Assembly: GCF_001194135.2 (NCBI RefSeq)
Contig: NC_068985.1
Coordinates: 86,650,779-86,714,778 of the forward strand
DNA from: Octopus bimaculoides
Lineage: Eukaryota
Reading direction: 5' to 3'
Length of the DNA: 64,000 nucleotides
Positions 11,185 through 24,712 of the stretch are shown piece by piece. The position numbers and the translations under genes are program-made. Within the stretch, counting starts at the first letter, position 1. Every line of letters starts with the position of its first letter. The notes beneath the pieces are model-generated. The model did no database searches. It saw nothing but the letters and a program-made list of their open reading frames with translations, and was not told where the DNA came from.

Positions 11185-13115
11185 TTCCGTAACCTTCAAT
11201 ATATTCCACTTTCCCTAAGTTTTCACCAACTCTGCTATCAAACAACCATAAACTATATATCATGTACTGCTTCAGATAAATTCTATTTCATATTTTTTTT
11301 TTATATATATTTCTAACTCCATTTTACCCCCTCTTGCACTTTTAATCTATAAGTATATCTTCGTAGCACTTTGGTTTTCTTTATTCATTTTTTTTTCTTT
11401 TGTCAAAACTGAACCTGCAACAAGTGTTTGTAACATATACTCAGTATTATTTTAAATGACTGCTACTTCTGTTCCAGAAAACAATAAGTAACTTGACACA
11501 CTTCTTCAATACCGAAGCTTTCTCTCTTATTCTCCACCATCTTCGTTTTTGCTTTTAACAAACTGAGAGAAACAAAGTTTCTTATATTCATAATGTGTAG
11601 GCAAACTGTCTTGAGAGAAGGAAAATCCAAAACAAAATGAATATAGCATGAAGACATTTTTATCAATTCGTGCTGTAGTAGAGTTATGTCACATGTTTTG
11701 TTGTCAGGAAAGTAATTTGTCAAAAAGAAAAGAAGATGAATTAAAACTGATCTACAGGAAGAAACATATTCTTCTTGAGCTGGCAATGCAAATACCGTTG
11801 TTGTTGCCATGGTGATATCATAACTACTCAGCCACACAGTGTGCCAGTAACATTAGCAGTAAAATTCCAAGCAGAAATAGGCAAGATACCACCATTTACA
11901 TGAAGCTATGTTAGTACATTACATGAAAGAAAGAGGGCCAGTGGAAATAACAACCCCAGATATATCAAATCGTCCTTAACATTTCATATTTGAAATGTAT
12001 ATAAGGGTCAGTTTTAACTTTCTTTTGGTCAGACATAATGAAGGGGTTTTAAAAAAATGGCTGCTTTTGTTTTGAACCTTGGCTCAGCCAGGTTTGATGA
12101 AGCAGACCTCTGATACAAAGCATTACAGCCATGACCATCCTTTCAATTTCAACCTCTCTCTCTCTCTCTTTCTGTTTGTCTGTCTCCCTCTGTCTGTCTC
12201 CCTCTCTCTTTCTCTGTCATATCTGCAGACATCTACAACTATGATCTTTCATGCCAAACTCTGAAGATCCATGAATTTCCTTGGGAAAAATACAGCAATG
12301 GCTTCTTTTTAACTTCTCCTATTTTATTTAAAGTTTACTCTGTTGGTCATCTTCCCTCCCAGGTTTACCTTCTATTTACAAGGCCACTTTATCTGTTGCA
12401 CAGTGGGTGTGCGGGAGGGGGGGGGGGTGTTTCCTGAGACATCGGGGACTGTCCACCTACCAGTGGGCCTCAGTGTATGCTACCAAGTCATAATTGTTTG
12501 CAGTGTGTAGTTTTGAAAAATCTTACTGCTATTTCTAACAAATCAAGAACCTCCCATAAAATTTTGGTTGGTATCAGTAAAAGACAATCTATTAAAGTAA
12601 GAATAACGGATAATTATAGTGGATGTTATGAGGAGAAGAGAATGGTTAACATTCTGAGAAGGATTCCTCTGTGTGAAATGATATAATTGTGTTCACAGCA
12701 GATGAACAATATTTCATTTTTAAACATATAATTCCAACATTGAAATCTGACCAAAATAATATTTTTATAATCAATCTATCATATAAAGATATTCTTCACT
12801 CCCTCCCTTTCTTCGTGCTGCTTTTGTTTTGTTGCAGCATCATAAAACATACCTAATTTTGAAACATGATAACAAAAAAAAAAGAAAAAAAGAAAATGGA
12901 AATTATTATGAAGTAAATAAAGCAAGATAAAGAATTCTGAATTATGTTTTACATAATAGATATTTATAGTCATTCATAGTTTGTATTAGTTTGGAACTGT
13001 GCTCTATTAAAATCTCTGCTGCTGATCTCAAGATCAAAAGTCACTTTCCAGATATTTCAGGCATAAAGAGAATTTAGAGAATAAAGATATGCAAAAGTAA
13101 AGATGTTTCTTGCAT

Positions 13116-13158
<43 letters not shown>

Positions 13159-13279
13159 CAAACACACACACATGCAAACACACATGTAAACACAGAAGTA
13201 GGCATATATTTGCAGAGACAGACATAAGTGTATGAAGATAGATATGTCACTGAGGCAACAATGAATACATAGTGTATGA

Positions 13280-13303
13280 TAATAGTAATAATAATAATGA
13301 TGA

Positions 13304-13369
<66 letters not shown>

Positions 13370-13682
13370 GGAGGAGGAGGAGGAGGAGGAGGAGGATGAA
13401 GATGATGATGATGAAGATGATGATGATGATGATGAAGTTGATGATGATGATGAGGATGATGATGATGATGATGATGAGGACGATGATGATGATGATGATG
13501 ATGATGATGAGGAGGAGGAGGAGGAGGATGAAGATGATGATGATGAAGATGATGATGATGATGAGGAAGTTGATGATGATGATGGGGATGATGATGATGA
13601 TGATGATGAGGACGATGATGATGAGGAGGACGATGATGATGATGCTGCTGATGATGATGATGATGCTGATGATGATGATTTC
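13280..13682. repeat. (GAT/GAC/GAG)n compound microsatellite with higher-order duplication
   Basis: Visible; source of poly-Asp, poly-Ser and poly-Met ORFs. Confidence 0.95.
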
Positions 13683-14229
13683 ATTTTCTTACTTTGCACA
13701 ATATCAGCTATTTTTAGGGGTGGGGAAGTGAATCACATTTGCCCCAATGCTCAACTGCTACTTATTTTATAAACCCTGAAGGGGATGAAAAGTAAAGTCG
13801 ACCTCAGTGGAATTTGAACTTTGTTGGCCACAAGGGCTGTATATAAACATTTAGGACAACACATAAAGGATAAAGTGGGGGAGAGATGAAACAAGAAATT
13901 CAATACAAGAAAATTATAACAAAATTCTCTAATAGGATGGAGTCTCAACCAAGGGTAACCAAGAAACTCACAGTGTCTGGATCACCTTAACTGCCAAAAG
14001 CAAAACTGGGAAATACCTCTTTCTCACCTGTTCCCTCTATCCTATAGATACAAACCAAGAATAGGCCCTCAGGCTACACTCACCACATTCACTCACTTTT
14101 CAACAAGTTTACTGGAAGTTGGGGTAGCAAGCTTCTCTCTCACCTCCCATGTTAAATGGAACCTAAAACATCGTTGAGGGCCAAAGAGGAAAGTGTCAGC
14201 CTTCAGTCACTTCAGCCTCATTCACCACA

Positions 14230-14660
14230 CAAACACTTTAACCACTTTCACACTGCGTCTGATTCCTCTTATGCCAAACTACCCTCACAACACACTAGTA
14301 CTCTGTTGCACATGTACGCTGGCATTGCACATCCAGTGGAGCATACTAGCCTCATTCTTCTCTAGCTTTCCCTTGTCTGCAGCATTCAGGACTAATGTTT
14401 CATTATTCTATAGGATTGCTGTTTGTATACGTGGCACATACAATCTTCCTCTCACTTGGAGAAAGAGACCTTTGGCTGCCAACAAAAATAAAATCTCCCA
14501 GAATTTTCTCCATCCTATTCTTATTCTAGCTATTACACTTTCCATACATCCTCCTCCACTACTGATTGGGTCCCCTAGGTAGCTGAAATAATCCGCTACC
14601 CCCAAAGAGCCTCCATGGTATTTGAGAAAATTGATTTCCCATGTATCTGTAGATTTTATG
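14230..14660 (-). mobile_element. RTE-clade LINE fragment (C-terminal to RT)
   Basis: FSYLGD.IS.GGGCMESVIARIRIGWRKF...GL.LQVRGRLY...MLHWMCN. Confidence 0.8.
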
Positions 14661-14739
14661 GCTCCTATGCAACTTCTATGTGTGAACATTACTTTTAAGA
14701 CTATGATATATAAATTATAGTTTCTCAAAAATTTCTCAG

Positions 14740-15460
14740 CTTTCCTAAAATGTGTCTTCCATTCCTCTGTCTTATATTTAAGTCCTTGGATAGTGCCTAC
14801 AGTGTCTTCTAAGAATTGGTTGATCCTGTTTTGTACTGCTCTGCCTCTTCCCTGTTTGCCATGAGAAAGTTGTCACATAAGAGCAACTAGCTCCTCCTTG
14901 TGATACCAGCAGTAACCAATAAACTTGTTTCTTTTATATTGTCTCTGTAATGTATGGTATGTCTTGGCATAACTTTTTGTTAGTCTTGTGTTGATGCCTT
15001 GGGATATTCAGAACAGAACATAGCATTTTGGTGTGTGTGTGTGTGTGTGTGTGTGTGTCTGTGCGCCATTTAAAGTTTTACTTCATTGCAGCTGCAAATG
15101 TTCATGTTATCAAATCATAAATGAAACTTGTTTCAACTGTAACTCTGAAGAAATCTATTTTAGTTTTTCATGGAAGATTAGATTTGCATATCTTATCCAA
15201 ACATTTAAGCGCTCCCCATTCTTTACTAATCCTGATTTCCATATCAGTCTTAGATTTGGACATGTGATGTCCAAGGTACTTGCATGCATTTTTGATTTTT
15301 TCTCCATTCAGAGAGAACAAGCTTTCAATTCCATCCGAGCTATGAGAGATATATTCCCTTTTTTTAGCAGCTTTGATTTCTTGTTCACACACATACTCTT
15401 AGATATTTCTATATCTCAGTGATTATGGTAGTATCATTTGGGATATCGGAGCATTATAAC
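14740..15460 (-). mobile_element. RTE-like LINE 3' remnants, interrupted by (TG)n
   Basis: LNGEKIK..CKYLG...DMEIRISKEWGALKCLDKICKSNL at 15168-15392; degenerate NKFIGYCW..SHGK..RGR tail at 14740-15010. Confidence 0.6.
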
Positions 15461-15619
15461 CTTGTGAATAATGATTGAAGAATTATTAAACAATGAATTT
15501 GGTATTTGGTCTCATGTTAGAGTGACAAGCCAAAACCCCCATTTAAGATCTCTGCTGTCCAAGGACACAAAACAATAACCATCATATATCTAAAATTAAA
15601 ATTATGCTTTAATTTTAGA

Positions 15620-15785
15620 TATGCCTGTATGGTAAAGAAGTTTCCTTCTCAACCACATGGTTCCAGGTTCAGTCCCACTGTGTGGCGTCTTGGGCTAGTG
15701 TCCTCTACTATGGCCTCAAGTGACAAAAGCCTTGTCAGTGGATTTGATAAATGGAAACTGAAAGAAGCTTGTTGTATGCATACAT

Positions 15786-15866
<81 letters not shown>

Positions 15867-16070
15867 TGTTTGTCCACTACCACTGTTTGAGAGCAAGTGT
15901 TTGTATGTTTAGATCTCTGTAACATAGTGGTTTGGCAAAAGAGACCAATAGAATAAGTACCAGCCTTTTTAAAAAAGGTACTGGGTTCATTTCGTTGTTT
16001 GACTGAAAGTTCTCCAAGACAGTGCACCAGCATGGCCACAGTCTAATGACAGAAACAAAATAAAATGTAA
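15620..16070 (+). mobile_element. SINE family A, full length with internal (TG)n
   Basis: Head, (TG)n and tail motifs all present. Confidence 0.88.
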
Positions 16071-18044
16071 GAAGCACTGCATGTTTGCTTCTTTCCTTGC
16101 ATTTGTGAATCTAAACTTGCAACCAAACTTTCATTTACGGCAACATCACAAACGTGGTCAGAAGAGGATTAATTGTTCTGGCAATTGACTGAGAAGAGGA
16201 TTAATATTTGCTGCAGTATTTTTAATTTCCATTATGTAATAAATAAAAGTGTATAGTTTCTGAGATGGGAATCTGGTTTTGATGGCTTTGTTTTCTAATT
16301 TCTGTTTACTGTTCAGTGGTTCTTCCTCTGATTTTATGCCTTAATTAATTATAAGACTATAAAGTGATAGAAACAACAAATAATAACACACACACACAAA
16401 AAAAAGACAATTAGTTGAGTTTGTGTAGATGTATTGTTACATAATTCCCTGTGTATTGTATCATGTTCTCATTTACTAATTGCATGGCTGTTTTTAATTA
16501 GGCTTTGTTTTGCTCAAATTTTGAATCTGAGAATCTCTTAAGAAAGATTCAAAATAATTAGAAATGATGTGTTCTATGTTTATTCCTGGCATTACCTAAC
16601 CATAATTACATTACAGCTTTAGTCGTCTCACTCAAACATTCCCTGCCCATTTCGATTCTGCCTCTCTTGCTTTCTCTGTTGGAATATAGAGGTGGTGATT
16701 TCTGCTTCTGGCAATTGTTTCTCTCTCTCTCTCATGAATGAACAAGAGAAGAAGAAGAAGAAACGAAAGAAAGAAATGGCAAAAGAAAACTAAGTAAAGA
16801 AACAAATAAAAATATATTCCTTTGGTAATGTTTAAAGCAAATTTGACACAGCCTATTATGCATATTTCATTTTTAATCCAAATTCCTCAGGCATGTGCAA
16901 ATCTCTAGTACCATTTCCATGTGAAAGTTTCATTTTCTATCTACATAAAAAAAAATAAAACAAAATAAAACAAAGCTAATAAATAAAATAATAAAATGTA
17001 GCGAAGAGAGAGAGAAAAGGCAAAATTATTTCTTGGTTTATGGCAGCAAATGGGAGTGAATTTAGTTGGGGAATATCTATGAATGATATGAGAAAGTAAT
17101 GGCGGAGAACAAGACATAGAAATTCATATGTAGCTAAACAGAGAAAGTTTTATTTTATGCAAGTGGAAATGGAATTCAGCAAATACCAATATAGGGATTT
17201 GAAAATATTAAATAATATTGTACAGAGAGACCCAAATGTATGGGTTCCTCGTTAACATGTTAGTTAATGAATCTGAATGTAGCCTATCATTTATTTATCT
17301 TTTTCTTTGTTGAATATTTTATTGTCAATCATAAAATTTGGATATTGTTGCAGTTGGCAGCAAAGACGAGAGGTTGTTAATTAGTTGCAGACAATTTGTA
17401 AATGCAGATAGCAAGTCTCTGGGTGATGACTGCAATCAGTAGATAGGCTTCACATGGAAAATTCTCTCTCAGAAACGTAAAAGGCATTTCCTCTTGTGAA
17501 CATTAAAATACATATTTGATAAGGCTAGCAGTGGCTAAGGCTGGCTCGCAGAATACATTAATAAATAAATTTCTGACACTTACTTACTCTCATGGTTTTA
17601 CTACATTATGTCATAGAAATTCCATTTGAATTAGTTTCGTTGTTTAGCCCCAGGTCAGCATTGATCATTAGGGCTGCCCTATGATTAAAAGCAGTCCAAC
17701 CACGACAGTCCTTCACTCTTCAAATACCACAACTCTACGCTTATATATTCCTATGTGTCCTTCTTGTTTTAAGATACTACAAAGTGATTAAATGGGAATT
17801 TGGCTGCTGTTTATAGTAAGTCTGGTGTTAACACATTTGCTCCAGCATTACCTTGTTATATCAATTGATATTGTTGTTGTTGTAGATGCTGATGTTTAAC
17901 CCCAAGTCAGTCATAACTGTGCATGCTTATGATCACAGGTGTTCCAGCCATGATCATGCTGTTGGTCTTTTTAGCCCTAGGCCAGTCCTGACCAGTTGTC
18001 AATCAATCATTAGCATTTTAGATACTCATATTGTTATCACAGTT

Positions 18045-18246
18045 TCTAATTTTTGCACAAGGCCAGCAATTGCATGGAGAAGGGGTAAATCAATTACATT
18101 GACTCTCAGTATTTTACTGGTACTTATTTTGCCAGCCCCAAAAGAATGAAAGGCAAAGTCAACCTCGGTGGAATTTGAACTCAGAGTGTAAATATGGACA
18201 AAATACCACTAAGCAGATTTCCTTGTGTGCGAAAATGATTCTGTGC
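18045..18246 (-). mobile_element. tRNA-headed SINE, family C
   Basis: Reverse strand reads CTGAGTTCAAATTCCACCGAGGTTGACTTTGCCTTTCAT. Confidence 0.85.
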
Positions 18247-18279
18247 GCTTTGCAACCTGATTGATATTGATGTAACAAA

Positions 18280-18495
18280 GCAGCGAGCTGGCAGAATCGT
18301 TAGCATGCCAGGTGAAATGCTTAGCGATATTTTGCCTGTGTTTACATTCTGATTTCAAATTCCACTGAGGTCAACTTTGCCTTTCATCCTTTCGGGGTCG
18401 ATAAATTAAGTACCAGTTGCATAGTGGGGTCGATCTAATCGACTGGCCTCCTCACCCAAAATTTCAGGCCTTGTGCCTTGAGTAGGAAAGAATAT
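18280..18495 (+). mobile_element. tRNA-headed SINE, family C, near full length
   Basis: GCGAGCTGGCAGAATCGTTAGC...TTCAAATTCCACTGAGGTCAACTTTGCCTTTCATCCTTTCGGGGTCGATAAATTAAGTACCAG. Confidence 0.9.
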
Positions 18496-19576
18496 TGATG
18501 TAATGACCAACTCTTGGAGATTCTCTTGTCATACAAAATCATAGGATCCATTGAGTCTGGAACAGGATGAATGATTCTTATTCTTGTAACCAAAAAAGCA
18601 CTGGAATAGATTCAGTTACCAGGATGTCAGGCATAGAAAACTACACTAGATTGAAAGAAAACTCTGAGAGGCCACTTCTTGACCTGCCAAGTGTAGTTGC
18701 TAGATTTCTACAAAATTCATCAAATCTTCAAAACAAAGGAAATGTTTGAATCATGCAGTCCAAGACATAGAGTGTTTGAAATGAAGATGTGATGGTTCCA
18801 GGTGGAACACATTTGTTCAGCAGTCTTGCTGATTAAGGCTGATCTGATCTTAAACAACAACAACAACAACAATAACAAGCAACAACAACAGTTACTCTGT
18901 ATTCTCTAGAACCATTAAATGGATTTAAAATTGACACTCCACACTATTAAAACCCTCTCTAATCCATTTCAAAGAAGCATAAACTGTGTCTATTCATAGC
19001 TCTGTCTATTCTAGATAAACCATGTCTCTTCTAGAAATACATTTAGGTGTAACTGACAAACAATGAGCACACAATGATGCTGGTAATAAGATATGTACCG
19101 ATACAATATTGTTGTCTAAAAGCAGATTCTAAGGCAATCTAGAATCTAAGAATGGTTTCTGCCGGTAAAAATGTAACAGAAATATTTGAAATAATGGAAT
19201 AAATGTCATACTTTGAAGGTGAAGAAAATTCTAACCTTTTTGTTTAACATCTGTTTTTCAAATTAAATAAAGGTTTGAGAGAGAAGTATTTGAGGCACGA
19301 TTGTTAGGGTTGGCTCATCTTCCTGTCACCAACTTTTTTAATGTTTTTTAATTAAAGGAACTTAAATTCTAAACGAATTAGAAAGTGCAGAGTTAATGGA
19401 TAATTTTTCAACAAGAAATATGACCAGAAATGTTGCTAACTGCAATCCATTCACAAACTGTTATGTCACTGTTTGTAACTCAGCTGCAGATTGTGGCATC
19501 ACCATCTGAAGCTGAGCACATCTCTTTGTTGTAAATATTTGCATTGTCACACACATGCACAGTCTTCCATACATAT

Positions 19577-19625
<49 letters not shown>

Positions 19626-19649
19626 CACAAACATGCATGGATACATACG

Positions 19650-20112
19650 ATGGAGGCATGAATATGATTCAATGATTAAGAAGCTTGCTGCTTAACAATA
19701 TTATTTTGCGTTCAGTCCCACTTTGTAGCTTCTCAGGCAAATATTTTCCCTAGCCATGGCCTGACCAAAAGTTTGCGTGAGGATTTGATAGATGTACACT
19801 GAAAGAGGCCTGCCATGTGCTTGTGTGTGTTGCGTGTGTGTTAATGTGTTAGTGTGTGTATGTGTGCATGTATGTGCTTGTATATGTGTAAGTGTGTGTG
19901 TGTGTGTGTGTGTGTATAAGTGTGTTTGTTTCCACCATTGACTGTCAACTGGTGTTGGTTTGTCTACATCACTGTAACTTAGTGCTCAGAAAAAGAGCAC
20001 TTTACCGAACTTTAAAAAAATAAGTACTGCGGTTGATTTGTCTTCATTAAGCTCTTCAAGTCAGTGCCCCAGCATGGCCACAGTCCAATGACTGAAACAT
20101 ATAAAAGACAAA
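19650..20112 (+). mobile_element. SINE family A, diverged
   Basis: Degenerate head, (TG)n, and GTGCCCCAGCATGGCCACAGTCCAATGACTGAAAC tail. Confidence 0.8.
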
Positions 20113-21197
20113 AAGACATACAACGGGTTTTTCCTGCAGTTTCCATCTTCCAAATTCTTTTGCAAGGCATTTGTCAGGTCAAGGCTCCAGGCCAAGGAAT
20201 GAACCAGCAACCATGAGCTTGTGAAATGAACTTCTTAATTACACAACCATGTCTGTGTGTCAGTCTTAGTTGAAACAATTGCACTAATGAATAGACGTAA
20301 AGCAAACAGCCTGAGAACTGAACAACCAGCTATATAATTCAAGTCTGTGTGCCACTTGCTATTTAATTCTGGTTAGATTGATTATTTAATCAGTTCATAT
20401 ATGACTAAATTTTATTTGCTTTACCCCACCTGGTTGCATCTGTACAAGAAGGCTTGGAGAAATGTTCAGAGCAATGCTCAGGATCTGCACAGAGTTGATG
20501 ATAACAGCGAAACACATAGATTAGTATTCATTGAACTGTGTGAATGTGTGTGTGCTTGCTAAAATAGAATTTAAAGTGTATTCTCTGGGAAAAGGTTCAA
20601 TGACTTAGCAATTAGAGTCACACAACTGATTAGGTATTATTACAGAATTAAGGATTTTACATTTGCAGCAGTTTAAGCCTGATTTGAACATGAGAAACTG
20701 AACTGATCGAAAGACAAAGCTATGTTTGCAGATTCATTAATATGAGTAACAAAATCATTACTGTTGATGCTGTCTTTGTTGTTGTTATTGCTATTGCTAA
20801 GCAGCCTCAGTGTTTTCCAATTGAACAGACCCAAGGCATAATGGTAACCAATCAAATGAAGCAATCAATCAGCCATTCCGCCCTTGCCCATCCTGTGTTT
20901 ATTCAATTCTATTTAATTCAATTTATTGTCCTTTAAACAAATGCAATGAAAAGTAGAATTGATTTAAGCTCTAGGGCTTTTTCTATGATTTCAGAAATAA
21001 AATGTACGGTCATTGCTACCCTGTTTTAAAAATGGCATGGAATTTGTGAAGGACATTTCCATGTAACATTTCAAAAACAGTGTGACTCATTGAAGAAAGC
21101 CCAGTGGGGGTGTCTCACTAATATCAACATTTGAAACCATAGAAAGGAACAGGAAACAGTTTTCCAAAGACCCATGATATTTCAATCATTGAAATAT

Positions 21198-21770
21198 CAA
21201 GCGTGGCCATATGGTAAGATGTTTGCTTATCAACCACAGGGTTCTGGGTTCAGTCCCACTGCATGGAAACTTGGACAAGTGTCTTCTACTATAGCCTTGG
21301 GCCAACCAAAATCTTGTGAGTGAATTTGGTAGAGGGAAACTGAAAGAAGCCCAATGTATATATGTAATTGCATGTGTGTGTGTGTGTGTGTATGTGTGTG
21401 TGTGTGTGTGTGTGTGAATCTTTGTGTCTGTATTTGTCCCTCACCACTATTTCACGACTGGTGTGGTGTGCTTATGTTCCTGTAATTTAATAATCCAGCA
21501 AAATTAAGTACTGGGGCTTAACTCATTCGACTAAAGTCTTTCATGCCCCAGCATGGCCGCATTCTAATGACAGAAACAAGTAAAAGATAAAAAGAAGATA
21601 GGAACAGTTGTGGCTGTGTTGTGCAGTTATGAAGTTTGACATTGCACCTATGTTGTTTTAGGTTCAATCCTGCTGTGGCACTTAAAGAAGTGTCTTCATC
21701 TATAACACAGCCAATGCCTTGTGAGCAAATTTTGTCAATGGAAACTGTGCAGAAGCCTGTCATATATATG
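21198..21770 (+). mobile_element. SINE family A full copy (21198-21598) plus a second head (21612-21770)
   Basis: Two successive GGTTCAGTCCCACTG / GGTTCAATCCTGCTG heads. Confidence 0.8.
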
Positions 21771-21779
21771 TTCCTCTTG

Positions 21780-22125
21780 AGTGTTGGGCCACACAGAGGC
21801 AATGACTAAGACCTTTGGCATTATATTGTGCTTGAGAAGAAGACCCATCAAGCCAAGCAAAATCAGTCATCACAGACACCGATATCACACAAAGGGCACC
21901 TGTGCCAATGGCATGTAAAAGCATCCCAGTGTCACACAAATGGCACCTGTGCCAGTGGAACGTAAAGGCACCCATTACACTCTCAGAGTGGTTGGGATTA
22001 GGAAAGGCATCTCGATACAGAAAACCATGCCAAATCAAACTGGAGTCTGGTGCAGTCTTCTAGTGTGCTGGCCCTAGTCAAACCATCCAACCCATGCCAG
22101 CATGGGCACCGGACGTTAAATGATA

Positions 22126-22175
<50 letters not shown>
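21780..22175 (+). mobile_element. SINE-like family B with (GAT)n tail
   Basis: GACTAAGACCTTTGGCATTAT...CCATCCAACCCATGCCAGCATGGGCACCGGACGTTAAA then (GAT)n. Confidence 0.85.
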
Positions 22176-23063
22176 ATGTATTTAATAAAAATTTAGAAAC
22201 TTTGAGAGATATGAAATAAATCTATTGTTTTAACTGTGGAATTTGAAGTCTTGCTTTGATATAATGGTTAGTACAGCTGTCATGCTCACAGAAAATGTGG
22301 ATTCAAGTTTCTTGGGTAGAGTTTGACATTTTTCCATCCAAGGGTATTTTGAAACTAATATTCTGCACATTATTACTTATGTTTTAGCTACTTTGTTTCA
22401 CCATTAAAAGATATGTAACTAACATGGATTATGAAACAGCTGTAAGCTAATGGAATAAAAATCTAATTACTCACTTCATTTATCTGATCAGATAATATGT
22501 GTCATAATTCATGTTAGTTACGTAATTGACATTATAAATGCATATTTAGATTTATATATAAGTATGTTGATATCATCATCATCATCATCATCCTCGTCAT
22601 CATTTAAGTTAAGGTTCATCTTCCATGCTGGATGGGTGGATGGTTTGAGAGGATCCAACAAGCAAGGGGATGGAGGACTCATTCTCCATTAGTTATATTA
22701 TCTTGGGACAATTAATGTTGGTAAGAATGCTTTCCATTGTCATTTTTGAGATTAACTTTCATTAACACAGGTGAATTATCTCATCATTACAATTATTATT
22801 TCAATTACATTATCAATTTCTTTTTATCTGTTTGTTCACCACATCTGGCAAAGTTGTCTAAATTTTTCTATTTTATTAGAAGATTGCATTGGTCTACCAC
22901 CCAAAGGTTCAAAGATTCATATCTCATCACTGGCCTTGTAGTGAGACCACAGCCAAAACATATAACCACAAATGGCCAAGTTTAGCCAAGTGTAAAATAT
23001 GAAACGTGTCATGAATTGACAAAGCTGATATCTCTTTTGAGTAAATACCCAACTACATGTTAA

Positions 23064-23398
23064 CCCTTTTGTTATCATATTTCTGCTGAAATACACTATT
23101 TCAATTAATTTTTAAAATAATGAAGAATCTAGTAAAATAACTTTCTCGTTATAAGCTGATGCTTAAAACATGGATTGACATGAAATTTTGATGGAAGAAG
23201 GTTTTAAGGTAAATCACTTTAAGCCATTTGTTAACATATTTAAATTAAAATACACTGACTTCATTCCAGTGAATGTTGAAAATAATAAAATAACCTTGGT
23301 GAAATTTTGATAGAAGATTTTAAATTAGTTCACTTTGAAATAGCAAGTTTGTATCACAGAACCAGGAATCACTTGAAGAGGGTTTGAATAAAAAAAGG
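23064..23398. mobile_element. piggyBac-like non-autonomous element, apparently two fused partial copies
   Basis: TTAA|CCCTTTT at 23060-23070 and AAAAGG|TTAA at 23393-23402; internal GAAATTTTGAT.GAAGA..TTTAA block occurs twice; no ORF. Confidence 0.6.
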
Positions 23399-23994
23399 TT
23401 AAAGTAAAGCTGTTATAGAAGAATCTCAAAGATTAAGCCAAATGAAGATAAGTTATGTTTTTCACAAATACTACCTATACCAGCATGAAAAGTGACTACT
23501 TAAGTATTTGATAATTAATATTCATTGTGCCTCGATTTGAAATCATTTGCCTAATGCAGCATAAAACATCAGCAAAAATGGCAAAAATTGATCCATGATC
23601 GATAATGTCTATATTTAAATCTCCCTAAGGTAATTCTTTCATGCACCAATGCAATTAGGAATTGATATGGCCCAATTTCATTCACAATATATTTGATGAG
23701 TCCAAATAAACTCCTAAACTTTGCTCTATTCCATTGTAACCAAGAAATATTGCCTTTGGCGCCTGATGGAAAGGTGATTTTCGGAACAAGTAAATTTAAT
23801 TACTGCTGGCTCAAACTTTAAGTGTGCTTTCGATGACAGCTGTTTGGCAGATATGTTAAATGTTATATAAATGAAATAGCAATGAAATTAGATTTTTAAA
23901 GAACTATAACGATGTAAATAAATTGTTCAATGAATCTTTTCTACGAATGTCTTCCTTTTCAATGATGACACATAGGAATATACTATACAGATAC

Positions 23995-24219
23995 AGATAT
24001 GTATGCGTGTGTGTACACACGCACACACACACAAACACACACACAAGCACACACACACACATATACGCACATGCACACACGCACACGCACATATAGGTGC
24101 ATGTATTTATGGATGTTTACAAGTACATTTATGTATAATTCTGCACATGCATATATATATATATATATATATATGAGTGTGTGTGTGTGTATATATATAC
24201 ATATATATANNNNNNNNNN

Positions 24220-24277
<58 letters not shown>

Positions 24278-24340
24278 AATATATGCATAATAAATGTATA
24301 TATATGTGTGTATATATATTTATATATATATGTGTGTGTA

Positions 24341-24394
<54 letters not shown>

Positions 24395-24712
24395 TGTGTG
24401 TGTATATGTATATATATTAGATCAATATATACATAATAAATGTATATATGTGTGTGTGTATATATGTATATGTATGTATATATATTTATATCTCTCTATC
24501 TATCTATATGTGTATGTATGTATGTATGTATACACATACATACATATGTGTGTGCATGCATATATATTGATATGCAGAGATGTATGCATGTGTGCACATG
24601 TAAATCTTACATAATGTCTCTCTCAGTATGTGTGTGTGTGTGTGTGTGTGTGCGCATAAATTTATGTATATGTATATATATATTTATTTATTATTCTTAC
24701 ATTCTATCTCTC
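23995..24712. repeat. (CA/TA/TG)n compound microsatellite with assembly gap at 24210-24219
   Basis: Visible. Confidence 0.95.
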
